63,917 nucleotides of DNA, filler included, from Malassezia furfur (GCA_052055015.1; 5 parts of 5 records of this genome joined end to end with filler, not necessarily neighbours in it); one strand, 5' to 3'. Counted from the whole stretch's first letter, positions 46,971 through 57,738 are shown. Made by a program: numbers and translations. The notes: generated from the sequence alone by a model not told the origin.

Positions 46971-48728
46971 CTACGGATGGCTCGGCGGGGTCGGCAGCGA
47001 ATCGTGCGGGAGCCCGGGGCGTTTGCGGCGCAACCAGCGAGCTTCGGCCGGCTCAGCCGGGGGTGACGAGGCCGTCTTGCGTCGGGGGGTCATCTCGCAC
47101 AGCTCGCCGACTGGGACGGACGCGGTCCGCACACGCTCCGGAGGGGGCTCGCACGGCTCGGATGCGAGCAGAGGGCCCAGGGCGACCGAGTCGGCTACTT
47201 CGGTTTTGACTTCGCTAGCGTGCGCATCGGTGCGCGCGCGCTTGGCTGGTTCAGTACTAGCCGGAGGCGCACGTCGCCGCCGCGAGCGGGGAGCATTCAG
47301 GTCAATGCCTGCTTCGTTGGCATCGGCTGCGAGCTCGGCGAGCTCTTGGGAGAGGGCATCGGCCGTGCTCAGCGACGGCACGTCGGCGGCGGATGAGCTC
47401 GATGGGACCACGGGAGGTGCCGTAGGCAGCGCAGCTGCGTCGCCAGCATAGTAGAGACCGTCCCGCTTTCGACGCTCGTCCCATTTCGCCCACTGCTTTT
47501 GCCGCTGCTCGGCCTCTTCGCGTTCGCGCTCGAGATGCATATCCCATTCCGCCGCTTTGCGTCGGATTTCGGCATTGGTTTGTGCAGACTGGCCCTGAAA
47601 GAGCTCCAGCTGCGCCGTGAGTGCCGCAATCTGGTCCTCATATTGTCGCTGCTGCGCATCCACGAACTGCTGCTGCAGCGCAAGGCCGTCTGTAAGCTGT
47701 TTCTTGAGCAGAGCCATTTCCTTCTTGGCATCGTTCAGTTCGGTGGAGAGATTTGACGCAGAAGAGGACGCTTCCTGGTACATGGTGCGCACAAACTCGA
47801 GCTCCTCCTGCAGTTGGTCTTTACGCCGCGAAAGCGTATGGATCAGTTCCTGTGCTTCTTGCGTCACCCCTTCCACCGTGTTGCTTTGCGGAGTAAATGC
47901 CGTCGAAGAGCCGACGGGACGGCGTACGCGCCGGGACGGCGTCTGCGCCTCGGGAGTGGGAGTCTCCTTGGCCCGCGACGGCGTTGACTGGAAGGTCGCA
48001 CGGATGGCTGCGACGGCAGACGTCAAAATCCCCTCTTTTCGCGGCGTCTTCTCGGTGTCGGACGAAGAGGCAGTCGGTATCGGTGGTATCGTAGAGGAAT
48101 CTTGCTGAGAGGCTCCGGATGTCGTTGACACAACCTCTGTTGGAGCAGGGGGCGTGGACGAGACGTCTGCGACTGGCACCGTGGCAGGTGCGCTCTTGTC
48201 CACGGGCGCCGATGTCGTGAGGCTGCGCGGCGCCTCGACTGCGCTGCTGTCCTCCGTCTGTGCCGTATCGGACACCTCATTTACGGTATCATGTGCTGTG
48301 GTATGCATCCGCTCGGGTGCCTCGGTTGGCTCCGGCTCCGGTGTACGGACGGCAGTGACATCAGCGCTCGGCTCTGCATCCTCTGCCGCATCGTAGTGGT
48401 CCGTGTCGATCGCCGGTACGACCGAAGCATTGTGCGGCTCTTCCAATGCACTACCATCGTCTTGAGATTCTGTAGCATGGTGCACGCTGGGCTCGCAGCT
48501 CTTGGATCGCCGTTGGCGGAATGAGGCTCGCTCGGTCCGCAGTGCTCGCCAAGTGTCCACGAGCTGTTGTGGCACGCTCTCTTTCGGCATCCATGCCGGC
48601 TCCGGCACCGGCTGAGCAGGATCTGTCTCAGTGCCTTCCCCCGGCCTGGGTGCGAAGGACACCTTGTAAAAGCCCTTTTTAGACCCGAGAATGCGCTGCG
48701 GCCGCAGGGCACTCGGCGGCTCGGCCAT
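46971..48728 (-). CDS. Hypothetical protein with N-terminal chromo-like segment, disordered linker and coiled coil
   Basis: RILGSKKGFYKVSF...PAWMPKESVPQQLVDTW; heptad region ELEFVRTMYQEAS... Confidence 0.7.
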   Translation of the reverse strand: MAEPPSALRPQRILGSKKGFYKVSFAPRPGEGTETDPAQPVPEPAWMPKESVPQQLVDTWRALRTERASFRQRRSKSCEPSVHHATESQDDGSALEEPHNASVVPAIDTDHYDAAEDAEPSADVTAVRTPEPEPTEAPERMHTTAHDTVNEVSDTAQTEDSSAVEAPRSLTTSAPVDKSAPATVPVADVSSTPPAPTEVVSTTSGASQQDSSTIPPIPTASSSDTEKTPRKEGILTSAVAAIRATFQSTPSRAKETPTPEAQTPSRRVRRPVGSSTAFTPQSNTVEGVTQEAQELIHTLSRRKDQLQEELEFVRTMYQEASSSASNLSTELNDAKKEMALLKKQLTDGLALQQQFVDAQQRQYEDQIAALTAQLELFQGQSAQTNAEIRRKAAEWDMHLEREREEAEQRQKQWAKWDERRKRDGLYYAGDAAALPTAPPVVPSSSSAADVPSLSTADALSQELAELAADANEAGIDLNAPRSRRRRAPPASTEPAKRARTDAHASEVKTEVADSVALGPLLASEPCEPPPERVRTASVPVGELCEMTPRRKTASSPPAEPAEARWLRRKRPGLPHDSLPTPPSHP

Positions 48729-48778
48729 GGCAGTGGAGGAGGTCGATCTTGGCCACGTGTTGTCGAACGCACTGACCG

Positions 48779-49885
48779 ATGCACTCTCACCACTCGCACT
48801 CGGGCGAGTTCTGTCGGCATGCCAAGTCCACCTTGGATGAGGTGACAGAGCGCGCCGCGTCGCTAGGTTTTACCCATTTCCATCTTTCCGAGCATATACC
48901 CCGCGAACTCCCGGAGCAGTTGTACCCCGAAGAGGAAGAGGCTGGCCTCACTCCTGCGCAACTCGAAGCGACCTTCCGTGCGTACCTGGCCAAGGCCCGC
49001 GCGCTGCAAACGCGGTATGCCCAGCAGGACGCGCCGATGCATATTTTGGTGGGCTGCGAGACGGAAAACATCACGTCGCCTCAAAGTCTCGACTTTTTGT
49101 GCAAGGTGGTGAACCCCGACGGTGCCTCGCTCGGCCACTTGCCTCCGCCATGCATTGGCCTCGGCGTGGTCGACTACATGGTGGGCTCTGTGCATCATGC
49201 GCATGGGATTCCTATTGATTTCGATGCAGACACCTTTCACAAGGCCGTGGCGCACGGAGCGACGCAGGATGCCACAGGGCACGCATCGCTGCTGCATGCC
49301 TACTTGGATGCGCAACTCGAAGTTCTAGACCGTCTGCGGCCTGAAGTCGTGGGTCATTTTGATCTATACCGCCTGTTTGCGCCGAATGCGCCATGGATGT
49401 CGGGCGACGCGGGTGATGCGCTGCGCGGCAAGGTCGAGCGCAACATTCGCTTTGCTGCAAGCTATGGCGCGCTATTCGAGGCAAATTCTTCGGCCTTCCG
49501 CAAAGGCTGGGACGGCGAGACCTACCCTGGCCGGGAGATTCTGCGTATGATCCGCTCGGTGCATGGGCGCATTGCGCTGTCGGACGACTCGCACGGTGTG
49601 CAGCAGGTTGGACTCAACTATCACCGCCTTCATGACTACCTGGAGCATGAAGGCGTGGATGACATCTGGTACCTGGAACGCGATCCTGCGCCACGTTCGT
49701 CCGATCCTGCAAAGCTATGGGACGAGTTTCGTGAGAGCGAAGCGGTGCGTGAGCAAAATGCGTCGCGGGACGACGTCGGAGCGCACGCCCCCCGCACGTT
49801 TCCGCGCGGAACGCGTGCGCACGTCCTGCGTGACTGGCGCGCCGCGCCGTTCTGGCGCTCGGCAGGGCCGGCCCTCCACTCGTGA
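48779..49885 (+). CDS. HIS2: Histidinol-phosphatase (PHP family)
   Basis: MHSHHSHSGEFC.HA, LSEH.PR, VGSVHH, GHFDL.RL, LSDDSHG. Confidence 0.93.
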   Translation: MHSHHSHSGEFCRHAKSTLDEVTERAASLGFTHFHLSEHIPRELPEQLYPEEEEAGLTPAQLEATFRAYLAKARALQTRYAQQDAPMHILVGCETENITSPQSLDFLCKVVNPDGASLGHLPPPCIGLGVVDYMVGSVHHAHGIPIDFDADTFHKAVAHGATQDATGHASLLHAYLDAQLEVLDRLRPEVVGHFDLYRLFAPNAPWMSGDAGDALRGKVERNIRFAASYGALFEANSSAFRKGWDGETYPGREILRMIRSVHGRIALSDDSHGVQQVGLNYHRLHDYLEHEGVDDIWYLERDPAPRSSDPAKLWDEFRESEAVREQNASRDDVGAHAPRTFPRGTRAHVLRDWRAAPFWRSAGPALHS

Positions 49886-49989
49886 TCCCCGCATCGTCGC
49901 CTGGCCCCAAGTCCACGTGACTACGACTAAAAGCAAATTCCCCATTGGTGCCGCCCTGTGTCGCGCGCCTCGGTTGCATAGGTATAGAG

Positions 49990-50009
49990 CCAATGAGTGC
50001 AAGTGTGTT
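49990..50009 (+). promoter_or_regulatory. CCAAT box in CSAAT-N12-RWT arrangement (possible CBC/HapX site) upstream of SDH2
   Basis: ccaat-gagtgcaagtgt-gtt; second ATTGG near 49944; loose motif, though plausible for an Fe-S gene. Confidence 0.3.
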
Positions 50010-50104
50010 TGCAATGCCCCCGTGTTCCGCTTTAACCCGAGGCGCCGGCCAGTACATCTTCTGGCCGAGGCCAACTCTTTCGTCCCTAACCTTATCCCTA
50101 TACC

Positions 50105-51015
50105 ATGATTGTTCCCAGCACGTTCCGCCTTGCTGCGCGGGTGGGTGCGCCGAGCGTCGCTTCCCGCTTCGCGGCGCCGTTCTCGACCTCGGCCGTTGCC
50201 TCGCTTGCGACGCCCGCCACGGAGCGCCCTGCCAAGATGAAGAAGTTCAAGATCTACCGCTGGGTATGTCCGCCGTTGCGAGTGCAATGCTAACGCTGCA
50301 GAACCCTGACCACCCCACGGAGAAGCCTAAGATGCAGACATACGAGATTGACCTGAACAAGACGGGCCCCATGGTGCTCGATGCGTTGATCAAGATCAAG
50401 AACGAGGTCGACCCGACGCTCTCGTTCCGCCGCTCGTGCCGTGAGGGTATCTGCGGCAGCTGCGCGATGAACATTGACGGTGTCAACACGCTTGCGTGCC
50501 TGTGCCGCATTGACCGCGACAAGTCGAACTCGAACATTTACCCCCTGCCGCACATGCACGTCGTCAAGGACCTTGTGCCGGACCTGACGCAATTCTACAA
50601 GCAATACCGCAGCATCAAGCCATACCTGCAGCCCTCTGGCCCCCCGCCTGAGGGCCGCGAGTACCGCCAGAGCCCCGAGGAGCGTCGCCGCCTCGACGGT
50701 CTGTACGAGTGCATTCTGTGCGCCTGCTGCTCGACTTCGTGCCCGTCGTACTGGTGGAACCAGGACGAGTACCTCGGCCCGGCTGTGCTCATGCAGGCTT
50801 ACCGCTGGATGGCCGACTCGCGTGATGCTGCGGGTGAGGAGCGCCGCCGGAAGCTGGAGAACACCTTCTCGCTGTACCGTTGCCACACCATCTTCAACTG
50901 CACGCGGACATGCCCCAAGGGTCTGAACCCCGCCAAGGCGATTGCGCAGATCAAGAAGGATATGGCCTTGGGCGCGCCCGCCACGGCCGCTCAGCGCCCT
51001 CTGCAGGCGCCGTAG
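50105..51015 (+). CDS. SDH2: Succinate dehydrogenase iron-sulfur subunit; 38-nt intron 50264-50301
   Basis: [46 protein letters not shown]. Confidence 0.97.
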
Positions 51016-51046
51016 ACAGCGAACGTATAGGGTACAAGCTTATGTG

Positions 51047-52424
51047 CTAGGAACGATCGGCCGCCACCCCGCGGTAGCGTGGGAAGCGTGGCACGCCCTG
51101 CGTGCCCAGGCTGCCATACTGGAAGCTAATCAATGTGCCGATCGCCGGCGGGTCGCGGCGCAGCGCGTCGGTGAGGCCGCTGCCCACCTTGAAGCGGCAT
51201 GGCGGATCGGTGAGCGTCTCGCACACGAGCGAGCCGACGAGGCCCGCACACTGGTTCTGCCCTTCCTCATAGCCCAGCACCCGCGCCTCGGCGTCGTGCG
51301 TCGGCTTGAGCTTGTACAGCACCGTGCTGCGCCGGAACTCGTACGGTGATGCAGGGCGGCGGAGCATGACGCTGGTGTGAGTCGTCGACGTACCCCTCGC
51401 CCCCGCATTCAAGCACATGCTGCAGGATGGCGTCAAGATGCGCTTGGCCGGTGCACTGCACCTGCTCGACAAAGTACACGCCAGCAGACTGGGTGAGTGG
51501 GCACAAGGGACGTACGCTTGGCGGGGTCTGCATCTCGTCGCTCGACAGGCTCGTGAAGTGCGCACGCAGGCGGTCCCAGCGCGCCTCGACGGGCTCGTCT
51601 GGCCAGCCGGGCGTATCAAAGACCATGTACTGGACACGCTCCCAGTCATCCTGCCGGCTCGAGCGGCACACGCCCGACGTGTACTCAAACTGGCCGCGCC
51701 CAATCCACAGCTCGCCGTCGAGCGGCAAGTCGGGCGGCAGCTGCGCGAGGAACCAGGCAGGCGCATTCCACACCTTGCCGCGGCGCGACCACAGCTGCCG
51801 GCCGTCCCAGAACGCGCGCACACCGTCGAGTTTCTCGCTGATCCACAGGTGCGTAGGGTCGTACGTCTCGCCCTTGGACTTCGCACGCGCCTCGCTCGAG
51901 GTCGGCCACACACTGGCCAGCAGCAAGTGGACGCGGTGGTCCTGGCGCCCGACGACGCGGCGCGTGCCGTCGACCGTAATCGAGATCGCATCCGACGTGT
52001 CCACCAGCAGTGGCGCGCCTGAACCCGACGACTTGCTGGGCGTGCTTGGTGCCGACGTCCGCCGGCGTTTGTGGGGAGTCGCTGGGCTCTCCGGCGAGCT
52101 GAACAGGTCGAGCCGCTGGCGCGCCTGCTGAGCGGAACCCGTGCGCTTGCTGGGAGTATGCGGGGCCCAGTCGAGGCGCATGCGCTCTTCCTCGTACGCC
52201 TCGCCTAGCGCCTCGGCGAGGTGTGCACACGAGCGCCGACGCACGTCGCGCTCAGGATGGAAGCGCCAAGCGGGGCACGAGCATGCGTAGTGGTCCGAGA
52301 ACCGCTGGATTGTAGCGCCGTCCACGTCGCATTTCTCGCCGAGTGCGAGCGTGTGCGCCGGGTAAATGGTCGCTTCCTCACCTGTGGGGCCCGTGCAGAT
52401 CGCACCGGTCTCCGGGTGGATCAT
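51047..52424 (-). CDS. Minimal ATP-dependent DNA ligase with N-terminal SWIM-type zinc finger; introns 51372-51393 and probably 51489-51515
   Basis: CSCPAW...CAHL; SEKLDGVRAFWDG, LDGELW, YMVFD, spliced GGEGVMLR, YKLK; OB fold FKVGSG...GVPRFP. Confidence 0.88.
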
Positions 52425-52460
52425 GCCATGTCGTGCGTGCGCAACCTCCACACCACGAAC

Positions 52461-53507
52461 ATGCTTCTTCGCTCCGGCGTCGCGGCCGCGGCCCCCCGCG
52501 TGCTGGGTGTGCGCGCAGCGGCGTGCTGGGTGCCTGCGTGTCGACGTGCCCAGCACACCACTGCGGGCGCCGTGCAGAGCTGGCTGGACCCGATCGCGCG
52601 CTACCTTGTGTCGGTCCCCGAGACGATCGGCCTACTCGGTGCAGTGCCGTACCCGTACACGACGTCGGTCGTGCTGATGACGCTGATGCTGCGTGCAGGT
52701 GTCTCGGTGCCGATGGCGCTCTGGCAGCGCGCACGCACCGAGCGCCTGACCAACATCGTCGGGCCCGAGTACGCCGTGTGGAAGAAACAGATCCCCGCCG
52801 CGATTTTGAGCCGCGCGGGCGTCCGTGAGAAGCCGCCGAGCGAGGCGCAGCAGGTGCAGCTGCACCGCGAGATCCAATCTGCCCTGAAAGAAAAGTGGCA
52901 GCACCTCGTACGCCTCCACGACTGCTCGCCGTGGCGCACGACAGGCGCGTCGTTGCTGGTGCACATTCCCCTGTTTTTGTTGGTGACGGCGCTGCTGCGC
53001 CAGGCCGCCGTGCTGCCCGACTCACCGCTCATTCAGGAGCTGATCCCGTGGTGGTCGCCGGACCCCGCATTCGCTGCACAAGTCGCCACGACCAAGCAGC
53101 TACTGGTCGAAAAGGGCCTAGACCCCGTCTCAATCGAGCGGCTCACCAAGATCGGCGGCGGTCCAACACTTGTCGACCGCGACTCGACGCAGATCATGCC
53201 GATCGTCGTCGGCTCACTCAACATGCTCAACGTGGAGCTGTCGCAATGGGTGCGCCAGCGCCGCGCGGCGCGCGAGCAGCAGCTGGGGCTCGGCGGCGGA
53301 CCGAGTGTGCCCACCGACACCAACGGCGCGCCGCTCCCGTCGCTGCGCGAGCGCGTGCTAGGCAATGTGCTGCGCACCGGTGCGGTGGTCTCGATCCCGA
53401 TCGCCTGCTCGGTGCCGTCGGTGCTGCTCGTGTACTGGACGACCTCGGCGCTGGTCACGATGGTGCAGAATAGCTACTTTGCCTGGCTCGACGCCAAGCG
53501 CACGTAG
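52461..53507 (+). CDS. COX18: Oxa1/YidC-family insertase, Cox18-like
   Basis: Presequence, TM + P...WQR, HIPLF, VPSVLLVYWTTS..T..QN, short C-tail; alternative ATG 52428. Confidence 0.7.
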   Translation: MLLRSGVAAAAPRVLGVRAAACWVPACRRAQHTTAGAVQSWLDPIARYLVSVPETIGLLGAVPYPYTTSVVLMTLMLRAGVSVPMALWQRARTERLTNIVGPEYAVWKKQIPAAILSRAGVREKPPSEAQQVQLHREIQSALKEKWQHLVRLHDCSPWRTTGASLLVHIPLFLLVTALLRQAAVLPDSPLIQELIPWWSPDPAFAAQVATTKQLLVEKGLDPVSIERLTKIGGGPTLVDRDSTQIMPIVVGSLNMLNVELSQWVRQRRAAREQQLGLGGGPSVPTDTNGAPLPSLRERVLGNVLRTGAVVSIPIACSVPSVLLVYWTTSALVTMVQNSYFAWLDAKRT

Positions 53508-53525
53508 TGAGATACCCTGCGCTAC

Positions 53526-53792
53526 CTATTGCGACCGGAGCTTCTTCTCGAGCCGTTTGCGCTCTTGGAGGTTGCGCGCGCGGATCGACGCAAGCCGCTG
53601 CTCCACCCGCTCGCGCATCGTATCAAGCAGGTATGTCTGCTGCGCACGGATCCACTCCACGACTGTCACCTTGTCGGGGTTGGGGGGCTGGGGGGGCTCG
53701 TGACTCGTGTGCTTGTGGGGGAAGGGGATAGGGAGGTAGTCGTCAATCAGGGGCATGTCGGGATGCGCAACACGGAGGTCGGGCATCTGCTC
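53526..53792 (-). CDS. C-terminal fragment of a protein ending in a helix resembling the fungal Bir1/survivin tail
   Basis: VTVVEWIR followed by a charged amphipathic helix; 5' end lost in the gap. Confidence 0.4.
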   Translation of the reverse strand, partial: EQMPDLRVAHPDMPLIDDYLPIPFPHKHTSHEPPQPPNPDKVTVVEWIRAQQTYLLDTMRERVEQRLASIRARNLQERKRLEKKLRSQ

Positions 53793-53892
53793 NNNNNNNN
53801 NNNNNNNNNNNNNNNNNNNNNNNNNNNNNNNNNNNNTTAATTAATTAANNNNNNNNNNNNNNNNNNNNNNNNNNNNNNNNNNNNNNNNNNNN
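53793..53892. other. Artificial contig spacer
   Basis: 44N-TTAATTAATTAA-44N. Confidence 0.98.
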
Positions 53893-53947
53893 CTGGCCGG
53901 GCGGCGCCGCGACGTCCTCGCCAATGAGCACCAGGTCCGTCAGGAGG
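53893..53947 (+). repeat. 55-nt exact duplicate of 54317-54371 at the contig start (probable assembly artefact)
   Basis: Direct sequence identity. Confidence 0.85.
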
Positions 53948-55522
53948 CGCGGGTGCGGGCGCGGGTGCGGATGCGGGCGCCGCAGCGTTAGGCAGCGGCG
54001 GTGCGGGTGCGGGCGAGCTGTGGAGCGGCCGGGCGCTGCTGCCGACGCTGCCGGAGCGGTACGGCCCGGTCTGGCTCGGCGCGCGCTGCATCCCGCTGGA
54101 CGGCTGCATGCGCTGCACGCCGAATTCGTAGCACGCGCGGAACTCGCGGAGCCACGCGGCCTTGCGCTCCTCGGACGCGAGGTACACGAGCACCTCGGCG
54201 CGTTTCATGACCTGGATGCGGATCGCGTGCTCGTGCGGCTCGCCGTAGCTCGTCGCCTCGATAAACTTGCCTGCGAGCGGCGGGAACATGAGCCACACGT
54301 CCTGCTTGCTCGGTGCCTGGCCGGGCGGCGCCGCGACGTCCTCGCCAATGAGCACCAGGTCCGTCAGGAGGATCAGCCGCGCGGCTTGCACGATCCGGGT
54401 ATCCAGGTGGTTGGCGGGCTTGACATGCATCACGGCGCCGTCGGTAATGCGCAGCTTCCGCTGGAACGGCAGCGAGGAGGGGTTGATTTGCAGACGGCAG
54501 CTCTTGGGCTTCATCGTGAAGATGTCGATCGTGTACGACGAGTTGATCCGGTCCTGGATCTCGCCAATCGACTGCTGCTCCAGCGAAACGGTGAGCGCCT
54601 GGCGCGGCGACACACCGGCCGACGCGCTGCCCGCCGCAATGCTCGGCACATGGAGGGGCGCGGGCGCCGTGCCGGCCGCCGGCACGTATGCGGGCTGCGG
54701 CATGCCACCAGCACCGATCGGCGGCGCAGCACCGTTCACAACAGGCGCCGGCGCACCGATCGGCGGCGCGGGCTTCGGCGCCGAGGCTGCGACAGGCGCG
54801 GCAGGCAGCGCGGGCGCGGCGGGCGCGGCCTTTTGCGCGCCGCTCGTGACGCTCCCACGCTGCTGCGCAAGGTCGAGGAGCGTGTCGAGCCGCTCGTTGG
54901 CGCTCAGCAGCAGGTCATGGTCCGAGCGGCCGGGCTGTGTGCTACGCAACAGGCGGGCATACAGCTTTTTATAGAAGCGCAGGCGCGCGATCGGCAGCGC
55001 AAAGAGCGCGTCGAGCGTCCACGCCGGCGCGTTGTTTGCGTCGCCCGTGGTGGAACGAGGTATATCGCGCGAGGCCTGCGCAAGAATCGGCGGCAGCTCG
55101 CGGTTGTCGACAATGGGCGCCCAGGTGTCGAGGTGCGTGCAGTACACGGAGCAATACTGCTTGTACGGCGCGTACAGGTTGCCGATCCACTGCATGAGCA
55201 GGTTGCCGAGCCCCTTGGGCGAGCTGGGGTTCGGCCCGATCTCCTGTAGCGAGCGCAGGAAGGTGTTGTTGGTGCGGAACACGACCTCGATGGCGCGGAA
55301 CATGGCGTCGAGCTCAGGCGGGGGGAAGTTCGTCGGCGACCATGCGCCGGCGACACGGCGGATGATCATACTGAGCTCCGCAACGTAGCGCACCTCGGTG
55401 GTGATCAACTCACTCAGGGGGTTCGCGCGGCGCTTTTCGGCTTGCTCTGCGTCGGCGGACGCGGCCGAGATGTGTGAGACATCGGCATGCGACCCGCCTC
55501 GGCCCGAGTCCGCACTGCTCAT
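53948..55522 (-). CDS. Dbl-homology (RhoGEF) + PH-like protein, 3'-truncated
   Basis: ELITTE..YV.EL, P..RL.FYK.L..RLL..T, LILLTDLVL; ATG 55522. Confidence 0.82.
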
Positions 55523-55797
55523 CGTATCGCGTCTCCCAGCAGGTCCCGAGACCAGTATTTTTTCGGACGCGGCGAGTATTTCGCACAGCAACGATGGAAC
55601 CGCGGCGGCTGGAAATGGGCGTGTCTTCACTATGCCACGAGGGTTTTTTTTGCCCGAACGCGCGCCTATGGCCAATCTGCACGCCCCTGGGTCCTCGCGC
55701 GCGGACACGTCCGCCGACCGGGTCCAGCCACGTGCTAACTGCATGCGCGTGCAGCGTTTCGCGCGTGGGTCACCGGCGTGGAGGGCGATAGGTCCGA

Positions 55798-56700
55798 TCA
55801 CGCGGTCGCGCCAAGCGCGCGCAGGAGCTGCTCCGCCTCCCACGCGCCCGACCAGTAGCGCACCGTGCAGCGCACGTTGCCCTCGTTCAGGATGCGCTGG
55901 GCGAGCCCACGGTGCCGCCGCACGAGCGCGACATCGTTGGGGCCCAGGCGCAGGATCGGGCAGTAGTCGTTGCCGCCGTCGCCCACGTACACAATGCGCT
56001 CGTAGTGCTCGTCCGCGTGCCGCGCACGGAACGCGTCGAGCTCGTCGCCTGCACGTCAGCTTCGCAGAGCGTTGGTAGACCCACCTTTACACATGTTGGC
56101 ACTGCACCCCACCGTGCACGTGTGTTGCGGCCCGTCGGGCGAGATGCGCCGGCGCAGCCGCAGCAGGCCGCTCTCCGTGAACGATGCGGGGTTCGTGACG
56201 ATCTCGCGGAACACGGGCGGGTCGAGCATCTTGTGGTGCGAGAGGATCGTGTGAATGTACACCTCGTTCGAGTTCGACAATAGGAAGAAGTCGGTGCGCG
56301 GCGCAGCCTGCGCACCGAGCCAGCGGACGCCGCGGAGCATCGCGGGGTGCTGCGGGGTGTGTGAGTCACACGACGTACGATGGGCATCTGGCGCAGCGCG
56401 TCCTCGAGCTCGGCGCGTGTCCGCCCCTCCTTGTGGAGCTCCTCAAGTAGGTAGGCACTGGATCAGCCGGCGCGCTACGCACCACATGTCGGTAAACTGC
56501 ATAGTCGGCTTGCGCTCCACAAACTCGATGCGCAGCCGCGGCGAGAGCACCTCGTGCACCCACCGGTCGGTGTCCTGGTCGGCGAGCGACCAGTCAAAGT
56601 CGAACACAACCAGCTGCGACTTCACCGGTGGGAACGGCGCAAAGTCCAGCTCAGGGTCCTCCAGCACAATTGAGTGCACCGCACGCGTCCGGGCGTCCAT
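55798..56700 (-). CDS. HAD phosphatase, PHOSPHO1/2 (pyridoxal phosphate phosphatase-like) family; introns 56458-56482, 56350-56378, 56049-56084
   Basis: VFDFDWS, LSNSN..YI..IL, NMCKG, YVGDGGNDYCP. Confidence 0.88.
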
Positions 56701-56751
56701 CGTCGTCGAGCTTCGCAAGCTGAGTCAGCACCCCCCCGTCCGCCTGCGGCC

Positions 56752-57738
56752 ATGGCGTTGGACTTGGATGCGTGTATCGAGAAGCTGCTCAACAAGCAGC
56801 TTCTCGTCGATACACTGCTCAAGGAGATCTGCGAGAAGACCAAGGAGCTGCTCATGCAGGAAAGCAACGTGGTGCACATCAGCGCGCCCGTCACCGTCGT
56901 CGGCGACATTCACGGGTAGGTACCGCCCCGCCTGACGCACAGCCAATTCTACGACCTGCTCGAAATCTTCCGCATCGGCGGCGATGCGCCCAACACCAAC
57001 TACCTGTTCCTCGGCGATTACGTCGACCGCGGCCTGTCGTCCGTCGAGACCATCTCGCTGCTCACCTGCCTGAAGCTGCGCTACCCCCATCGCATCCAGC
57101 TCGTGCGCGGCAACCACGAGAGCCGCGCCGTGACGCAGACGTACGGCTTCTACGCCGAGTGCATGCGCAAATACCCCGACTCGAACGTGTGGCACTACTT
57201 CACCGACATGTTTGACTTTTTGACGCTCTCGGTGGTGATCGACGACCGGATTTTTTGCCTGCACGGCGGCCTTTCGCCGTCGGTGCACTACATCGACCAG
57301 ATCAAGATCATTGACCGCTTCCGCGAGATTCCGCACGAGGGGCCCATGGCCGACCTCGTGTGGTCCGACCCGGACCCGGACAAGGAGGAGTTTGCCATCT
57401 CCCCGCGCGGCGCTGGGTACACGTTTGGCGCATCGGTGGTGAAGCACTTCCTCGAGATGAACAACATGAACCATATTCTGCGTGCACACCAGCTGTGCAT
57501 GGAGGGGTACAGCGTGCTGTACGACGACCGCCTCAGCACAGTGTGGTCCGCGCCGAACTACTGCTACCGCTGCGGCAACCTCGCATCGATCCTCGAGGTC
57601 GGCACCGACGGCTCGCGCCACTTTAATACGTTCGAGGCCGCACCGGAAAACGAGCACGATGGGCCGCTCCAGGCGAGCCAGCCCCGCGTACGTCCTAGCG
57701 ACTCACCCCAGAGCGAGGCGATCGAGTACTTTTTGTAA
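56752..57738 (+). CDS. PPG1: PP2A-like Ser/Thr phosphatase Ppg1; introns 56916-56942 and probably 57688-57711
   Basis: [28 protein letters not shown]-terminal YFL; N-terminus [12 protein letters not shown] is Ppg1-like. Confidence 0.85.
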
